DNA of 64,000 bases. Origin: Dehalococcoidia bacterium. Lineage in GTDB: Bacteria; Chloroflexota; Dehalococcoidia; Lucifugimonadales; JADFKI01. Shown here piece after piece: positions 8,714 through 20,237 of this stretch. The notes below the pieces were generated by a model that saw only the letters and a list, made by a program, of their open reading frames with translations, ran no database searches and was not told the DNA's origin. The stretch lies in NCBI GenBank assembly GCA_965242555.1, contig CBDESO010000010.1, positions 37,026-101,025 on the forward strand, read 5' to 3'. The position numbers were made by a program, and so were the translations under genes. Position 1 is the stretch's first letter; every line of letters starts with the position of its first letter.

Positions 8714-10084
8714 ATGCCCCCCACAATCGTCCTAGCCGCCACGCGCAGCGGCGCGGGCAAAACCACTATCGCCACCGGCGTCATAGGCGCGCTCGCCCGA
8801 CGCGGCTTGCGCGTGCAGCCGTTCAAATGCGGGCCAGACTACATTGATCCCTCATACCACAAACTAGCCTGCGGCGTCCCAAGCCGCAACATTGACACTT
8901 GGATGCTCCCCCACGCCGCCGCCCTTGAGCTCTTCGGCAGAGCCGCCAGTCCCGCCCAAATCGCCGTCGTAGAGGGCGTTATGGGCTTGTACGACGGCCA
9001 CGCCAACCTCACCGAGCAGGCATCCACCGCCGAAATCGCCAAGCTGCTCAACGCGCCCGTCATTCTCATAGCCAACGCCGCCCGCGTAGCCCGCAGCGTA
9101 GCCGCAGAAGTCCTCGGTTTCCAACAATTCGATCCCGCCGTCAACATAGCCGGCGTCATCCTAAACGGCATCGGCAGCCCGCGCCACCTTGACTTCTGCA
9201 AGCCCCCCATAGAGCAGGCAACCGGCATCCCCGTCATCGGCTACCTCCCCCGCAGCGACGACCTGCAAGCCCCGGAGCGCCACCTAGGCCTAGTCCCCGT
9301 GGTGGAAGGCCCTCTAGCCACCGGCTGGCTTGACGCGCTCATAGCCCAAACGGAACAAACCATAGACATAGACGCGCTGATAGCCATAGCCGCCCGCGCC
9401 CAAACCCCCGCCGCCCCGCCAGCGCTCTTTCCCGCCAATCCAATCCCCCCCAAAGCCCGCATAGCCCTTGCCTACGACAAAGCATTCAACTTCTACTACC
9501 AGGACGCGCTCGATCTGCTCAAGGCTTGGGGCGCGGACATCATCCCATTCAGCCCGCTCGCCGACGCCGCCTTGCCCGAAAACATCGGCGGCATCTACAT
9601 CGGCGGCGGATTCCCCGAAATCTACGCGCCCCAACTCGCCGCCAACCGCCCTATGCTGCAAGCCGTCCGCGCCGCCCACGCTCGCGGCGTCCAAATCTAC
9701 GCCGAGTGCGGCGGCTTGATGTATCTCGCCGAATCCCTAACCGACTTCGACGAAATAGCCCGCTATCCTATGGCGGGCTTGCTGCCCGTCGCAACCTCTA
9801 TGAGCGGCGGCGGCCTAACGCTCGGCTACCGCGAAATACAGGCGCTCGCCGACGGCCCCCTGCTGCATAAGGGTGACACGGCCCGCGGCCACGAATTCCA
9901 CTACTCTATCGCCAACGCCCTCCCATCCCGCGCCCAAGCCGCCTACGCCGTCCTCAGCCAAAACTCCCGCATAGAGGGCTTTCGCGCCCCCAACCTCTGG
10001 GCGTCCTACATCCACCTTCACTTCGCCGCAAATCCCGCCATCGCCCCCCGATTTGTCAGCGCCTGCGCGAATTCCCAAAAGTAA
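8714..10084 (+). CDS. cobB: cobyrinate a,c-diamide synthase
   Basis: TRSGAGKTT P-loop, FKCGPDYIDPSYH, C-terminal glutamine amidotransferase motif AECGGLMYL. Start at ATG 8714 (MPPTIVLAA). Confidence 0.88.
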   Translation: MPPTIVLAATRSGAGKTTIATGVIGALARRGLRVQPFKCGPDYIDPSYHKLACGVPSRNIDTWMLPHAAALELFGRAASPAQIAVVEGVMGLYDGHANLTEQASTAEIAKLLNAPVILIANAARVARSVAAEVLGFQQFDPAVNIAGVILNGIGSPRHLDFCKPPIEQATGIPVIGYLPRSDDLQAPERHLGLVPVVEGPLATGWLDALIAQTEQTIDIDALIAIAARAQTPAAPPALFPANPIPPKARIALAYDKAFNFYYQDALDLLKAWGADIIPFSPLADAALPENIGGIYIGGGFPEIYAPQLAANRPMLQAVRAAHARGVQIYAECGGLMYLAESLTDFDEIARYPMAGLLPVATSMSGGGLTLGYREIQALADGPLLHKGDTARGHEFHYSIANALPSRAQAAYAVLSQNSRIEGFRAPNLWASYIHLHFAANPAIAPRFVSACANSQK

Positions 10085-10087
10085 TTA

Positions 10088-10117
10088 TTGACATTAGTTT
10101 AATATCGTGTCTATAAT
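10088..10117 (+). promoter_or_regulatory. near-consensus sigma70 promoter of the str operon
   Basis: TTGACA (10088-10093), 18-nt spacer, TATAAT (10112-10117), about 135 nt upstream of rpsL. The leader carries a 9-bp hairpin: TTTCATATG (10135-10143) pairs with CATATGAAA (10153-10161). Confidence 0.6.
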
Positions 10118-10252
10118 ATCTATCTGTTATGCCTTTTCATATGGGCATCGCTCATATGAAAGATGTACTATTGCGTTTCACAGCCACAACTTGGCATAAA
10201 CGCGCCCGAAAATCAACGGGGAAACTAGCCGGGAACCACAAGAGGGAAACCT

Positions 10253-10663
10253 ATGCCTACGGTCAACCAACTGGTCAGAAAAGGCAGAAAAGCCAAGCGA
10301 AAGAAAGACAAAGCCCCCGCGCTGCGCTTTTCTTTCAACTCGCTACGCAACCGGGGCCGCCGCGACTCCGGCTCGCCCCAAAAGCGCGGCGTCTGCACGC
10401 AGGTGCGTACCCAAACGCCCAAAAAGCCCAACTCGGCGCTGCGTAAAGTCGCAAGGGTGCGCCTCACCAACGGCATGGAAGTCACCGCATACATACCCGG
10501 CGAAGGCCACAACCTGCAAGAACACTCCGTCGTGCTGATACGCGGCGGCCGCGTCAAAGATCTGCCCGGCGTCCGCTACCACATCGTCCGCGGCGCCCTA
10601 GACACCCGAGGCGTCGACGGACGCAAGAGAGGCCGCAGCAAATACGGCAGCAAGCGAAACTAG
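10253..10663 (+). CDS. rpsL: 30S ribosomal protein S12
   Basis: [55 protein letters not shown]. Confidence 0.97.
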   Translation: MPTVNQLVRKGRKAKRKKDKAPALRFSFNSLRNRGRRDSGSPQKRGVCTQVRTQTPKKPNSALRKVARVRLTNGMEVTAYIPGEGHNLQEHSVVLIRGGRVKDLPGVRYHIVRGALDTRGVDGRKRGRSKYGSKRN

Positions 10664-10916
10664 CCCGCGCTAATCCCCCGCCGATTGGCGACAATCCGAG
10701 GGATTTCGGCAGGGCAAGGGAATGAGAACCACCTAAACGCTCGCTCCCCTCCTTTACTCTACGCATAGCGGGGGAGCGCGCATTTGTGTATCGGCTAAAC
10801 AACAACCGGCGATAACCGAACAAGACAAGCGCGCAACGCATGCAAACGCGATATGCGCGCAAGATAAGCAAGCGAGATAAGCGCACAGCGCACACTCAGA
10901 CATAAGAGAGACGACT

Positions 10917-11387
10917 ATGGCGCGCCGCAGAAGAGCGGAAGTCAGAATTCCGCCCCCGGACATCAAATACAACAGCATAGAACTCAGCCAGTTCATCAAC
11001 CGCGTGATGTGGAGCGGCAAGAAAACCACCGCCCAGCGCATCGTGTACGGCGCGCTTGACCTGGTGGAGCAGGAAACCAATCGCCCCGGCTTGGAAGTCT
11101 TTCAGCAGGCGATACGCAACGCGACTCCGATGCTGGAAGTCAAATCCCGCCGCGTCGGAGGCGCGACCTACCAAGTCCCGACCGAAGTGCGCCCCAACCG
11201 CCGCCTAGCGCTCGCTATGCGCTGGATCATCACCGCCGCCCGCGCCAGAGGCGGCAGGCCTATGCAACAAAGCCTAGCCTCTCAGCTGCTAGACGCCGCC
11301 CGCAACCAGGGCCCAGCCGTCCGCCGCCGTGAAGAGGCGCACCGCATGGCTGAGGCGAACCGCGCTTTCGCCCACTACCGCTGGTAA
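10917..11387 (+). CDS. rpsG: 30S ribosomal protein S7
   Basis: 156 aa, [10 protein letters not shown]..., [25 protein letters not shown]-terminus. Synteny after rpsL. Confidence 0.96.
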   Translation: MARRRRAEVRIPPPDIKYNSIELSQFINRVMWSGKKTTAQRIVYGALDLVEQETNRPGLEVFQQAIRNATPMLEVKSRRVGGATYQVPTEVRPNRRLALAMRWIITAARARGGRPMQQSLASQLLDAARNQGPAVRRREEAHRMAEANRAFAHYRW

Positions 11388-11451
11388 CATTCACAGCCCG
11401 CAGCGCCTGCCAATCAGGTCAAGCGGCGGGCGGAGGAATCCAAAACAAACA

Positions 11452-13512
11452 ATGCCTCCAACACTCCAAAGCCTGGAACAAACGCGAAACATCGGCTTTA
11501 TCGCGCACATAGACGCCGGCAAAACCACCGTCACCGAGCGTGTGCTGTACTTCACCGGCCGCATCCACAAAATCGGCGGCGTTGACGACGGCACGACCGC
11601 TATGGACTGGATGGCGCAAGAGCGCGAGCGCGGCATCACCATCACCTCGGCGGCAACCACCGCCGAGTGGAAAGACTGCGTTATCAACATCATAGACACC
11701 CCGGGCCACGTCGATTTCACCGCCGAAGTGGAACGCAGCCTACGCATCCTGGACGGCGGCGTAGTCGTCTTTGACGCCGTAGCGGGCGTGCAGCCCCAAT
11801 CCGAAACCGTCTGGCGGCAAGCCGATACATACAACGTCCCCCGCATCTGCTTTGTAAACAAGATGGACAGGGTCGGCGCGGACTTCCACCGCACAATTGA
11901 CACCATTTCCCACAGGCTGCAAGCCAACCCCGTCGCAATCCAAATCCCCATAGGCCAAGAGGACGCATTCACCGGCGTAATTGACCTCATAGAGGGCAAA
12001 TCCTGGACTTGGCTGGACGACGGCGTTGAAACCCCGCGCGAAGGCCCCGTCCCCGAAGAATTCATCCAAGACTACCTCAACCACCGCGGCCTGATGATTG
12101 AAAAGATCGCCGAAACCGACGACGACCTGCTGCTCAAATACCTAGAAGAGGAAGAGATAGGCAACCAGGAAATCAAGGACGCGCTCCGCAAGGCGACCAT
12201 TGAATACCGCATCGTCCCCGTCCTATGCGGCACTGCGCTGCGAACCAAGGGCATCCAGCCCCTCATAGACGCCGTTTGCGACTACCTCCCCTCGCCGATT
12301 GACGTCCCGCCCGTAACCGGCACAGACCCCGCCTCCGAAGAAGAACTAATCCGACGACCCGACCCGTCCGAACCCTTCTCAGCGTTGGCGTTCAAGACCG
12401 TCTCAGACCCGTACATAGGCAGGCTTGTCTATTTCCGCGTCTATTCGGGCGTAGCCGCCGCCGGCTCATCAGTCTATAACTCCACCAACCGCCGCCGCGA
12501 GCGCCTAGGCCGCATCGTCCAGATGCACGCCCAGCACCGCGAAGACATCCAAGAAGTTCACGCAGGCCAAATCGCCGCCGCCGTCGGCCTCAAAAACACC
12601 GCCACCGGCGATACCATCTGCATCCAAGCCGAACCCATCCTCTTTGAGACCATCAACTTCCCCGAACCCGTCATATCCGTCGCCGTAGAGCCGCGCTCGC
12701 GCGCCGACCAAGACAAACTCTCAGACGCGCTCGTCAAACTCTCCGACGAAGATCCCACATTCAAAATCAACTACGACGACGAAACCGGCCAAACCATTAT
12801 GTCCGGCATGGGCGAACTTCACCTTGAAATCCTGGTTGACAGGATGAAACGCGAATTCAAGGTAGAGGGCAACGTCGGCAAGCCGCGCGTCGCCTACCGC
12901 GAAACCATCCGCCGCGCCACCCGGGGCGTCGGGCGTTTCGTCCGCCAAACCGGCGGTCACGGCCAGTTCGGCCACGTCGTCGTCCAAGCCGAACCCGGCG
13001 AGCGCGGATCCGGCATCGCCATCGAAGACAAAATCACCGGCGGCGCTATCCCCCGCGAATTCATCCCCGCCGCCGAATCCGGCATCCGCGAGGCGCTTGC
13101 CACCGGCCCCCTGTCCGGCTTTCCCGTCATTGATATGAAAATCACGATGGTTGACGGCAGCTCCCACGAAGTCGACTCTTCCCAAATCGCCTTCCAAATC
13201 GCCGGCTCTATGGCGGCCAAAGACGCCATCAACAGGGCGAACCCCGTCCTGCTGGAGCCCATTATGAGCCTTGAAGTCGTTACCCCCGGCGAGTTCCTTG
13301 GCGAAGTCCTCGGCGACCTAGGCCGCCGCCGCGCCGCCATCCGAAACATAGAGGGCCAGGGCGAAATCCAAGTCGTCAAAGCGTCCATCCCGCTCGGCGA
13401 AAGTTTCGGCTACGCCAGCGCCATCCGCTCCCTCACCCAGGGCCGCGCCAGCTACACGATGGAGTTTGACACCTACGAACCCGCCCCCAGCGGCACTATC
13501 CCCAACGCCTAG
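11452..13512 (+). CDS. fusA: elongation factor G
   Basis: G motifs [22 protein letters not shown]. Start set at ATG 11452 ([16 protein letters not shown]) rather than the track start overlapping rpsG. Confidence 0.95.
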   Translation: MPPTLQSLEQTRNIGFIAHIDAGKTTVTERVLYFTGRIHKIGGVDDGTTAMDWMAQERERGITITSAATTAEWKDCVINIIDTPGHVDFTAEVERSLRILDGGVVVFDAVAGVQPQSETVWRQADTYNVPRICFVNKMDRVGADFHRTIDTISHRLQANPVAIQIPIGQEDAFTGVIDLIEGKSWTWLDDGVETPREGPVPEEFIQDYLNHRGLMIEKIAETDDDLLLKYLEEEEIGNQEIKDALRKATIEYRIVPVLCGTALRTKGIQPLIDAVCDYLPSPIDVPPVTGTDPASEEELIRRPDPSEPFSALAFKTVSDPYIGRLVYFRVYSGVAAAGSSVYNSTNRRRERLGRIVQMHAQHREDIQEVHAGQIAAAVGLKNTATGDTICIQAEPILFETINFPEPVISVAVEPRSRADQDKLSDALVKLSDEDPTFKINYDDETGQTIMSGMGELHLEILVDRMKREFKVEGNVGKPRVAYRETIRRATRGVGRFVRQTGGHGQFGHVVVQAEPGERGSGIAIEDKITGGAIPREFIPAAESGIREALATGPLSGFPVIDMKITMVDGSSHEVDSSQIAFQIAGSMAAKDAINRANPVLLEPIMSLEVVTPGEFLGEVLGDLGRRRAAIRNIEGQGEIQVVKASIPLGESFGYASAIRSLTQGRASYTMEFDTYEPAPSGTIPNA

Positions 13513-13625
13513 CCCGCGCCCGCCTATCGCGGCGCAACTAACTATTAACTAAATAAGAGAAAACCCTGAGGCGCAACCCTAACAAGCCCTAGCGAGATAC
13601 GGCAAGAAAATAGAGAAAGCGCAAT

Positions 13626-13943
13626 ATGGTTACCAGCAACACCCAAAAAATACGCATCATCCTAAAAGCCTTTGACCACAGGCTGCTAGACCAGTCCGCC
13701 GCCCAAATCGTCGAGGCTGCGGAGCGAACCGGCGTGCGCGTCTCGGGCCCTGTCCCCCTGCCCACCGCCATCAAGCGCTTCTGCGTCATCCGCGGCCCCC
13801 ACATCGACAAAAACTCCCGCGAACACTTCGAGCTTCGCACACACAACCGCCTCATTGACATCCAAGAACCCACATCCAAAACCATAGACTCCCTCACGCG
13901 CCTAAACGTCCCCGCGGGCGTGGACATATCCATCAAACTCTAA
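13626..13943 (+). CDS. rpsJ: 30S ribosomal protein S10
   Basis: [37 protein letters not shown]. Confidence 0.96.
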   Translation: MVTSNTQKIRIILKAFDHRLLDQSAAQIVEAAERTGVRVSGPVPLPTAIKRFCVIRGPHIDKNSREHFELRTHNRLIDIQEPTSKTIDSLTRLNVPAGVDISIKL

Positions 13944-13973
13944 CCGCTACACGCATCCAAGCAGAGACCCAAA

Positions 13974-14633
13974 ATGACAGTTCACGCCCTAATCGGCAAA
14001 AAAATCGGCACAACCCAAGTCTTCCATGAAGACGGCAAGTCGGACTGCGTAACCGCGATCCGGCTAGGCCCCTGCACGGTCACCCAGCTCAAAACCGCCG
14101 CCCGCGACGGCTACGAAAGCGTCCAACTCGGCTTTGAACCCGTGCGCCGCCTCAACCGGCCCAAATCCGGCCACCTCAAGCCCGCCGGCGCCGCCCTATT
14201 CCGCCACCTGCGCGAAGTCGGCGCCGACGACCTGTCCGAACTCCAACTCGGCCAATCCCTTGACGCCAGCGTATTCGCCCCCGGCGATCCGGTAGAAGTC
14301 ACCGGCAGATCCAAAGGCCGCGGCTTCGCCGGCGGCGTCCGCCGCTACAACTTCCGCGGCGGCCCCAAAACGCACGGCCAATCCGACCGACACCGCGCGC
14401 CCGGATCCGTGGGCGCCGGCAGCACGCCCGGCCGCGTCATCAAGGGCCTAAAAATGGCAGGACATATGGGCGACGCGCAAATCACATCCAGAGGCTTGCA
14501 AGTCGTACTCGCCGACCCCGACCGCAACTTGTTGCTAGTCAAGGGCAGCGTCCCCGGCGCCCGAAACTCCCTAGTCATCGTCCGCAAGGCGGGCAAGCGC
14601 AAAGCCAAATCTGTAAGGAAGAATGTCCGGTGA
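13974..14633 (+). CDS. rplC: 50S ribosomal protein L3
   Basis: GKKIGTTQVF, GRSKGRGFAGGVRRYNFRGGPKTHGQSDRHRAPGS. Confidence 0.96.
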   Translation: MTVHALIGKKIGTTQVFHEDGKSDCVTAIRLGPCTVTQLKTAARDGYESVQLGFEPVRRLNRPKSGHLKPAGAALFRHLREVGADDLSELQLGQSLDASVFAPGDPVEVTGRSKGRGFAGGVRRYNFRGGPKTHGQSDRHRAPGSVGAGSTPGRVIKGLKMAGHMGDAQITSRGLQVVLADPDRNLLLVKGSVPGARNSLVIVRKAGKRKAKSVRKNVR

Positions 14634-15331
14634 AACTGGAAGTCAGAAACACAAGAGGATCAGTCCTGAACAGCGTAGAGGCGCGCGACGACGTATTCGC
14701 CGCCCCTATGAACTCGGCGCTGCTCCACCAAGTCATCGTAGGCCAGCTCGCGAACAAGCGGCAAGGCACCGCCAAAGTCAAGTCGCGCTCCGAAGTGTCC
14801 GGCGGCGGCGCTAAGCCGCGCCCGCAAAAGCACACCGGCCGCGCTCGCCAGGGATCCATCCGCGCCCCCCAATGGCGCGGCGGCGGCGTGGCGTTCGGGC
14901 CAACCCCCCGCAGCTACAAGCAGCGCACCCCCAAGCGAATGAAACGCGACGCCATCAAAATCGTCCTGTCCGACAAGGCGCGCTCCCGCAGCCTTATCGT
15001 CCTGGACGACCTAACCCTTGACGCCGCCAAAACCAAAACCATAGCCGCCATCCTGCAGGCGCTCAAAGTGGAATCATCCGTCCTGCTTGTCAGCGACGAC
15101 GGCGCCGGCGCCAACATCGCGCGCGCCGCCCGCAACCTGCCCAAGGTTCGCGCCGCGCCCGTATCACTCATCAACGCGCTTGACCTGCTCAACGCCAACA
15201 AAGTCGTCATGACGCTAGACGCCGTGCGAAAGGCGGAGGCTATCTGGGGCGGCGAATTCAGCCGCCGCAAACAGCCCGAACTAGCCACAGCCGCCGCGGA
15301 TGCGCTTATAGACGAGGAGGCAGGTGAATAA
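14630..15331 (+). CDS. rplD: 50S ribosomal protein L4
   Basis: GTG start overlapping the rplC stop. GGGAKPRPQKHTGRARQGSIRAPQWRGGG. Confidence 0.95.
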   Translation: MKLEVRNTRGSVLNSVEARDDVFAAPMNSALLHQVIVGQLANKRQGTAKVKSRSEVSGGGAKPRPQKHTGRARQGSIRAPQWRGGGVAFGPTPRSYKQRTPKRMKRDAIKIVLSDKARSRSLIVLDDLTLDAAKTKTIAAILQALKVESSVLLVSDDGAGANIARAARNLPKVRAAPVSLINALDLLNANKVVMTLDAVRKAEAIWGGEFSRRKQPELATAAADALIDEEAGE

Positions 15332-15621
15332 TGGACTTGCATCCCTTTGAAATCCTCCGACGCCCCATCGTAACCGAGAAAAGCACCGATATGCAGGAAA
15401 ACGGACGCTACGTCTTCGAAGTAGCCCCGTCCGCCACCAAGCACCAAATCAAGTGGGCGGTTCAGCAAGCCTTCGACGTCCGCGTAACCAAAGTCAACAC
15501 GATGAAAAAGCCCGGCAAAATGAAACGCTACGGCCCCCGCTTTACCCGCCAAAAAGCCACCAAAAAAGCCATAGTCACGCTCGCCCCCGGCGACGCGATA
15601 ACCATATTTGAGGGCGTCTAA
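15331..15621 (+). CDS. rplW: 50S ribosomal protein L23
   Basis: [24 protein letters not shown]. Start overlaps the rplD stop. Confidence 0.95.
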   Translation: MDLHPFEILRRPIVTEKSTDMQENGRYVFEVAPSATKHQIKWAVQQAFDVRVTKVNTMKKPGKMKRYGPRFTRQKATKKAIVTLAPGDAITIFEGV

Positions 15622-16454
15622 TGCCACTGAGAGCCAGAAACCCCCGGACCCCAGGCCAGCGCGGCGCGGTGTTGCCCACCTCCGAAGAGATAACAACCCG
15701 CAAGCCCAAAAAGTCGCTCGTGCGCCCGCTCAAAAAGCGCGCCGGCCGCAACTCGTCCGGCCGCATCACCGTCCGCCACCGCGGCGGCGGCCACAAGCGC
15801 CGCTACCGCGTCATTGACTTCAAGCGCGACAAACACGGCATACCCGGCGAGGTCACCTCAATTGAGTACGACCCCAACCGATCCGCCCGCATCGCGCTCA
15901 TCAAATACCCCGACGGCGATTGGCGCTACATCCTAGCCCCCGACGGATTGCAAGTCGGCGACAAGATTGAGGCGGGCGAAAGCGCCGAACCCCGCGTGGG
16001 CAACGCGCTGCCGCTCCGCTCCATCCGCGAAGGCACGCAAGTCCACAACATCGAGCTCAAAGTCGGCAGGGGCGGCCAAATGGTTCGCAGCGCCGGCGGC
16101 AGCGCCCAGCTCCTCGCCAAAGAGGGCAAATACGCGCTGTTGCGCCTGCCCTCCGGCGAAATGCGAAACATACTCAGCGCCTGCATGGCTACCATCGGCC
16201 AAGTCAGCAACCTTGACCACAAAAACGTCAAGCTCGGCAAAGCCGGCCGCAAGCGCAATATGGGCTGGCGGCCCGAAGTGCGCGGCTCGGTCATGTCCCC
16301 CCGCGACCACCCGCACGGCGGCGGCGAAGGCCGATCCCCCATCGGCATGCCCGGCCCCAAAACCCCCTGGGGCAAGCCCGCCCTAGGCCACCGAACCCGC
16401 AAAAAGAAAAAGCCCTCCGACAAGTTCATAGTCCGCCGCCGCTACAAGCGATAA
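15621..16454 (+). CDS. rplB: 50S ribosomal protein L2
   Basis: [35 protein letters not shown]. Confidence 0.97.
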   Translation: MPLRARNPRTPGQRGAVLPTSEEITTRKPKKSLVRPLKKRAGRNSSGRITVRHRGGGHKRRYRVIDFKRDKHGIPGEVTSIEYDPNRSARIALIKYPDGDWRYILAPDGLQVGDKIEAGESAEPRVGNALPLRSIREGTQVHNIELKVGRGGQMVRSAGGSAQLLAKEGKYALLRLPSGEMRNILSACMATIGQVSNLDHKNVKLGKAGRKRNMGWRPEVRGSVMSPRDHPHGGGEGRSPIGMPGPKTPWGKPALGHRTRKKKKPSDKFIVRRRYKR

Positions 16455-16556
16455 CCAAAACGCCGCCCGCGCCGGTTTATGCCGCGCGCGGCGGCCCGCC
16501 CAACGGCCGAATACGCCTTGCATCCCTTATAGAGGGAAACATAAAGGAAAACCTAT

Positions 16557-16841
16557 ATGTCCAGGTCAATTAAAAAGGGACCTTACGTCCACCCCAAGCT
16601 GGCGAAAAAAGTAACCGCCATGCAGAACAGCCGCAGCCGCGCCGTCATCAAAACTTGGTCGCGCGCCTCCACCATTATGCCCGATATGCTCGGCCTCACC
16701 ATATCAGTCCACGACGGCCGCCGCCATATCCCGCTATTCATCACCGAAAATATGGTAGGCCACAAACTGGGCGAATTCGCCCCAACACGCACTTTCCGAG
16801 GACATATCTCCCGCTCCGAGCGCGCGACCCGCGCCCGCTAA
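16557..16841 (+). CDS. rpsS: 30S ribosomal protein S19
   Basis: [44 protein letters not shown]. Confidence 0.97.
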   Translation: MSRSIKKGPYVHPKLAKKVTAMQNSRSRAVIKTWSRASTIMPDMLGLTISVHDGRRHIPLFITENMVGHKLGEFAPTRTFRGHISRSERATRAR

Positions 16842-16922
16842 AACGCCGCTAAAACCAAGACACACGGCGGCGACCGACCGCCCAATCACCCTAAATAAAC
16901 AGCATAAACAGCGAGCTTAACT

Positions 16923-17267
16923 ATGCCGGTCAGAGCAGTAGCCACAAACACGGGATACTCCGTCAAAAAAATCAAGCCCATCATAGATATGATACGCGGC
17001 ATGAAAGTGGAAGACGCGCTTGACGCGCTCCGCTACCTGCCCTCGCCCATCGCAAGCCAGGTGGCGAAAGTCGTCAGCTCCGCCGCCGCCAACGGCGAAA
17101 CCCAACTCGCCGCCCGCCCATCCGACCTGCGTATCATCCAAATCTACGCGGACGAGGGCACCCGCCTCAAGCGATACCGCGCCCGCGCAAGAGGCCGCGT
17201 CGGCCGCATCACGCGCCGCAGCAGCCACATCACAGTCATCGTCGACGAAGACGAGGAGGTCGACTAA
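16923..17267 (+). CDS. rplV: 50S ribosomal protein L22
   Basis: [43 protein letters not shown]. Confidence 0.95.
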   Translation: MPVRAVATNTGYSVKKIKPIIDMIRGMKVEDALDALRYLPSPIASQVAKVVSSAAANGETQLAARPSDLRIIQIYADEGTRLKRYRARARGRVGRITRRSSHITVIVDEDEEVD

Positions 17268-17268
17268 A

Positions 17269-18303
17269 TTGGGCCAAAAAACGCATCCGATCGGATTTCG
17301 CCTCGGCGTCATCAAAGACTGGCAATCCCGCTGGTTCGCCGCCACAGCCGAAGAGTACAGCGGCCTCATCAAAGAAGACATTGACGTCCGCAAAACCATC
17401 TACGACCGATACCCCGACGCCGGCATATCCCGCGTCGAAATCGAGCGCGGCAACGACGTCGTCGTCACAGTCCACACCGCCCGCCCCGGCATTGTCATAG
17501 GCCGCGGCGGCCAGCGCGTGGAAGAGCTCCGCAAAGAACTCGAGGCAGGCACATCCAAGCGCGCCCGCCTCAACGTCCAAGAAATCCGACAGCCCGAACT
17601 CGACGCCTACCTCGTCGCCAAAAACGTCGCCGAGCAGCTAGAGCGCCGCGTCGCATTCCGCCGCGCCATCCGCCAAACCGTCATCCGCACTATGCAAGCG
17701 GGCGCGCTCGGCATCAAAATCCTCATATCCGGCAGACTGGGCGGCGCCGACATCGCCCGCCAAGAAAAAGCCATGGAGGGCAGAGTCCCCCTGCACACGC
17801 TCCGCGCCGACATTGACTACAACATCGCCGAGGCCGCAACCGAATTCGGCCGCATCGGCATCAAAGTCTGGATATACAAAGGCGACATAGTCCCCGAACC
17901 CGCCGGCATCCAGCCCGAAACCGCCGCCGGGCAGTCCGGCAGACAAGCCGCCGTATCCGGCCCGCCCCCCGCGCCGCAACCCGCCCAGGCGGCGCCGCAA
18001 CCGGCCCAGGCAGCGCCCCAAGTCGTCCCCGCCGCGCCGCCGCCGCCCGCTCCTGCGCCCGCTGCGCCAGCCCAACCCGCTCCGGCCCAGCCTGCTCCCC
18101 CGCCGCCAGCTCCGGTCGCAACTCCCGCGCCGGTTCAACCCGCCGCGCCCGTTGCTCCTCCGCCGGCCCAACCTGAGCCAGCCCAAGCCGCTCCGGCCCA
18201 GCCTGAGCCCACATCTGAGACTACGCCTGAGCCTACCGCGCCGGCCCAACCCGACCCCGCGCAGCCTACGCCGCAACCTACCCCCGAATCCACGGGAGAA
18301 TAA
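17269..18303 (+). CDS. rpsC: 30S ribosomal protein S3 with about 125-aa Pro/Ala-rich C-terminal extension
   Basis: TTG start (17269) in frame with the track ORF 17020..18303; GAGGAGG upstream. [25 protein letters not shown]-domain GIVIGRGG. The tail from about 17890 is [11 protein letters not shown]... low complexity. Confidence 0.93.
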   Translation: MGQKTHPIGFRLGVIKDWQSRWFAATAEEYSGLIKEDIDVRKTIYDRYPDAGISRVEIERGNDVVVTVHTARPGIVIGRGGQRVEELRKELEAGTSKRARLNVQEIRQPELDAYLVAKNVAEQLERRVAFRRAIRQTVIRTMQAGALGIKILISGRLGGADIARQEKAMEGRVPLHTLRADIDYNIAEAATEFGRIGIKVWIYKGDIVPEPAGIQPETAAGQSGRQAAVSGPPPAPQPAQAAPQPAQAAPQVVPAAPPPPAPAPAAPAQPAPAQPAPPPPAPVATPAPVQPAAPVAPPPAQPEPAQAAPAQPEPTSETTPEPTAPAQPDPAQPTPQPTPESTGE

Positions 18304-18305
18304 CA

Positions 18306-18722
18306 ATGCTCCAACCCAAACGAGTCAAATACCGCAACCACCACCGCGGACGCCGCAAGGGCCTCGCCAACTCCGGCAGCTCAATGAACTTCGGCGAATA
18401 CGGCATCAAATCCACTGAGGCCGCATGGGTAACCTCGCGCCAAATCGAGGCCGCCCGCCGCGCCATGACGCGCTACGCCCGCCGGGGCGGCAAAATCTGG
18501 ATCCGCATCTTCCCCGACAAATCCGTAACCGCCCGCGCCGCTGAAACCCGCATGGGCAGCGGCAAAGGCGCCGTCGACCACTGGGTCGCAGTCGTCAAGC
18601 CCGGCCGCGTCCTCTTCGAAATCGCCGGCATCCCCGAAGACACCGCCAAAGAGGCGCTGCGCCTCGCCTCATCCAAACTCCCGATGCGTACCACAATAGT
18701 CACGCGCCATCCGGGCATCTAA
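18306..18722 (+). CDS. rplP: 50S ribosomal protein L16
   Basis: [40 protein letters not shown]. Confidence 0.97.
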   Translation: MLQPKRVKYRNHHRGRRKGLANSGSSMNFGEYGIKSTEAAWVTSRQIEAARRAMTRYARRGGKIWIRIFPDKSVTARAAETRMGSGKGAVDHWVAVVKPGRVLFEIAGIPEDTAKEALRLASSKLPMRTTIVTRHPGI

Positions 18723-18829
18723 TCCGGCCACATAACAAGGACATCCAACAAGAAAATCTAGCGCCGCAACCGCAAGCGCTATACCATATAACTATCGCAA
18801 ACACCGCAACCGCATACGGCAGGAATCCA

Positions 18830-19033
18830 ATGGAAATAGACGATCTCAGAGCCCTCACAAACGAAGAACTCGCCGACGAACTGCAAGAAACCCACCGCGC
18901 GCTTATGAACCTCCGGTTTCGCAGCGCCACTATGCAGCTCGCCAATGTCAAAGAAGTACGCAAAGCCCGCAAGCGCATCGCCCGCATCAAAACCGTCTTG
19001 CGAGAAAGGGAACTGGCAGCAGAACTAGCATGA
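18830..19033 (+). CDS. rpmC: 50S ribosomal protein L29
   Basis: 67 aa, [25 protein letters not shown]. Confidence 0.93.
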   Translation: MEIDDLRALTNEELADELQETHRALMNLRFRSATMQLANVKEVRKARKRIARIKTVLRERELAAELA

Positions 19034-19560
19034 GCTACGAAAGACGCAAAGTCAGAATCGGCAAAGTCGTCAGCGACAAAATGGACAAGACAGTCGTAGT
19101 CGTCGTGGGGTGGCGAAGGCCCCACCGCGTCTATCAGAAACCCGTCCGCCGCGAAACCCGCTTTATGGCGCACGACCCCCAAAACCTGTGCAAAATCGGC
19201 GACACCGTCCGCATCCGCGAATGCCGCCCCATATCCAAAACCAAACGCTGGCGCATCGAAGAAATCCTCCAGCGCGAAGACATCGCCGAAATCCAACCCG
19301 ACGACATCACGACCGTCGTCACTGAGGACAATGCGCCCGCGCCTGAACAGCCGGCCGCAACCGCCGCCGCCATAGACGCCAAAGTCGCCATAGAACCCGA
19401 CAACCCGCCCACAGCCGACGCCCCTAGCGCCGGCCCTGAGGTGGCCGAAACCCAAGCCACAACCCAGCCCGAAAATCAAGCGGCAATCCAAGCCGAAACC
19501 CCGGCCGAAACCCAAACCGACGCCCCGTCGGAATCCCAACAAGAGGAACCCCGACAATGA
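19030..19560 (+). CDS. rpsQ: 30S ribosomal protein S17 with about 90-aa acidic Pro/Ala/Gln-rich C-terminal extension
   Basis: [44 protein letters not shown] core, then a low-complexity tail. Start overlaps the rpmC stop. Confidence 0.93.
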   Translation: MSYERRKVRIGKVVSDKMDKTVVVVVGWRRPHRVYQKPVRRETRFMAHDPQNLCKIGDTVRIRECRPISKTKRWRIEEILQREDIAEIQPDDITTVVTEDNAPAPEQPAATAAAIDAKVAIEPDNPPTADAPSAGPEVAETQATTQPENQAAIQAETPAETQTDAPSESQQEEPRQ

Positions 19561-19925
19561 TCCAGCAATACTCCCGCCTCAAAGTCGCCGACAACTCCGG
19601 CGCCAAAACCATCAGCTGCATCGGCATCCCCGGCGGCAGCGGCAGGCAATACGCATGGCTCGGCGACATCATCGTCGCCTCTGTCAAAGAGGCCGCGCCC
19701 GCCGCCAACGTCCGCAAGGGCGACGTCGTCAAAGCCGTCATCGTCCGCACAACCAAAAACCACCGCCGACCGGACGGATCCCACATCCGATTCGACGACA
19801 ACGCCGCCGTACTCGTCAACGACGACCAAATGCCGCGCGGAACGCGCATTTTCGGCCCCGTAGCCCGCGAACTCCGCGACAAAAACTTTATGCGTATCGT
19901 ATCCCTCGCCCCGGAGGTGCTATAA
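19557..19925 (+). CDS. rplN: 50S ribosomal protein L14
   Basis: [28 protein letters not shown]. Confidence 0.97.
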   Translation: MIQQYSRLKVADNSGAKTISCIGIPGGSGRQYAWLGDIIVASVKEAAPAANVRKGDVVKAVIVRTTKNHRRPDGSHIRFDDNAAVLVNDDQMPRGTRIFGPVARELRDKNFMRIVSLAPEVL

Positions 19926-20237
19926 ATGAAACTGCGCCCCGACGACAACGTCCTAGTCATCAAAGGCAAAGACCGCGGCAAAACCGGCCGCGTCCAGCAA
20001 GTCTTCCCCAAAAGGGGCCTCGCCCTTGTGGAAGGCGTCAATATCGTTATGCGCCACACCAAGCCCTCGCAAGGCGTGCGGCAGGGCGGCATCATCCAAA
20101 AAGAAATGCCCGTCCGCGTCAACAACCTGATGCTCATCTGCCCCGCCACCAACCAGCCCACCCGCGTCAAATACACCCGCCTTGCGGACGGCCTAAAAGC
20201 GCGCGTCTCCCAAAAGAGCGGCGAGGTAATAGAATAA
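19926..20237 (+). CDS. rplX: 50S ribosomal protein L24
   Basis: [25 protein letters not shown] motif. Confidence 0.95.
   Translation: MKLRPDDNVLVIKGKDRGKTGRVQQVFPKRGLALVEGVNIVMRHTKPSQGVRQGGIIQKEMPVRVNNLMLICPATNQPTRVKYTRLADGLKARVSQKSGEVIE

Noticed and set aside
13513-13625. Missing tuf gene between fusA and rpsJ as a possible deletion.
   Set aside because: tuf location is variable among phyla. The 113-nt gap shows no gene remnant. Not informative without the rest of the genome.
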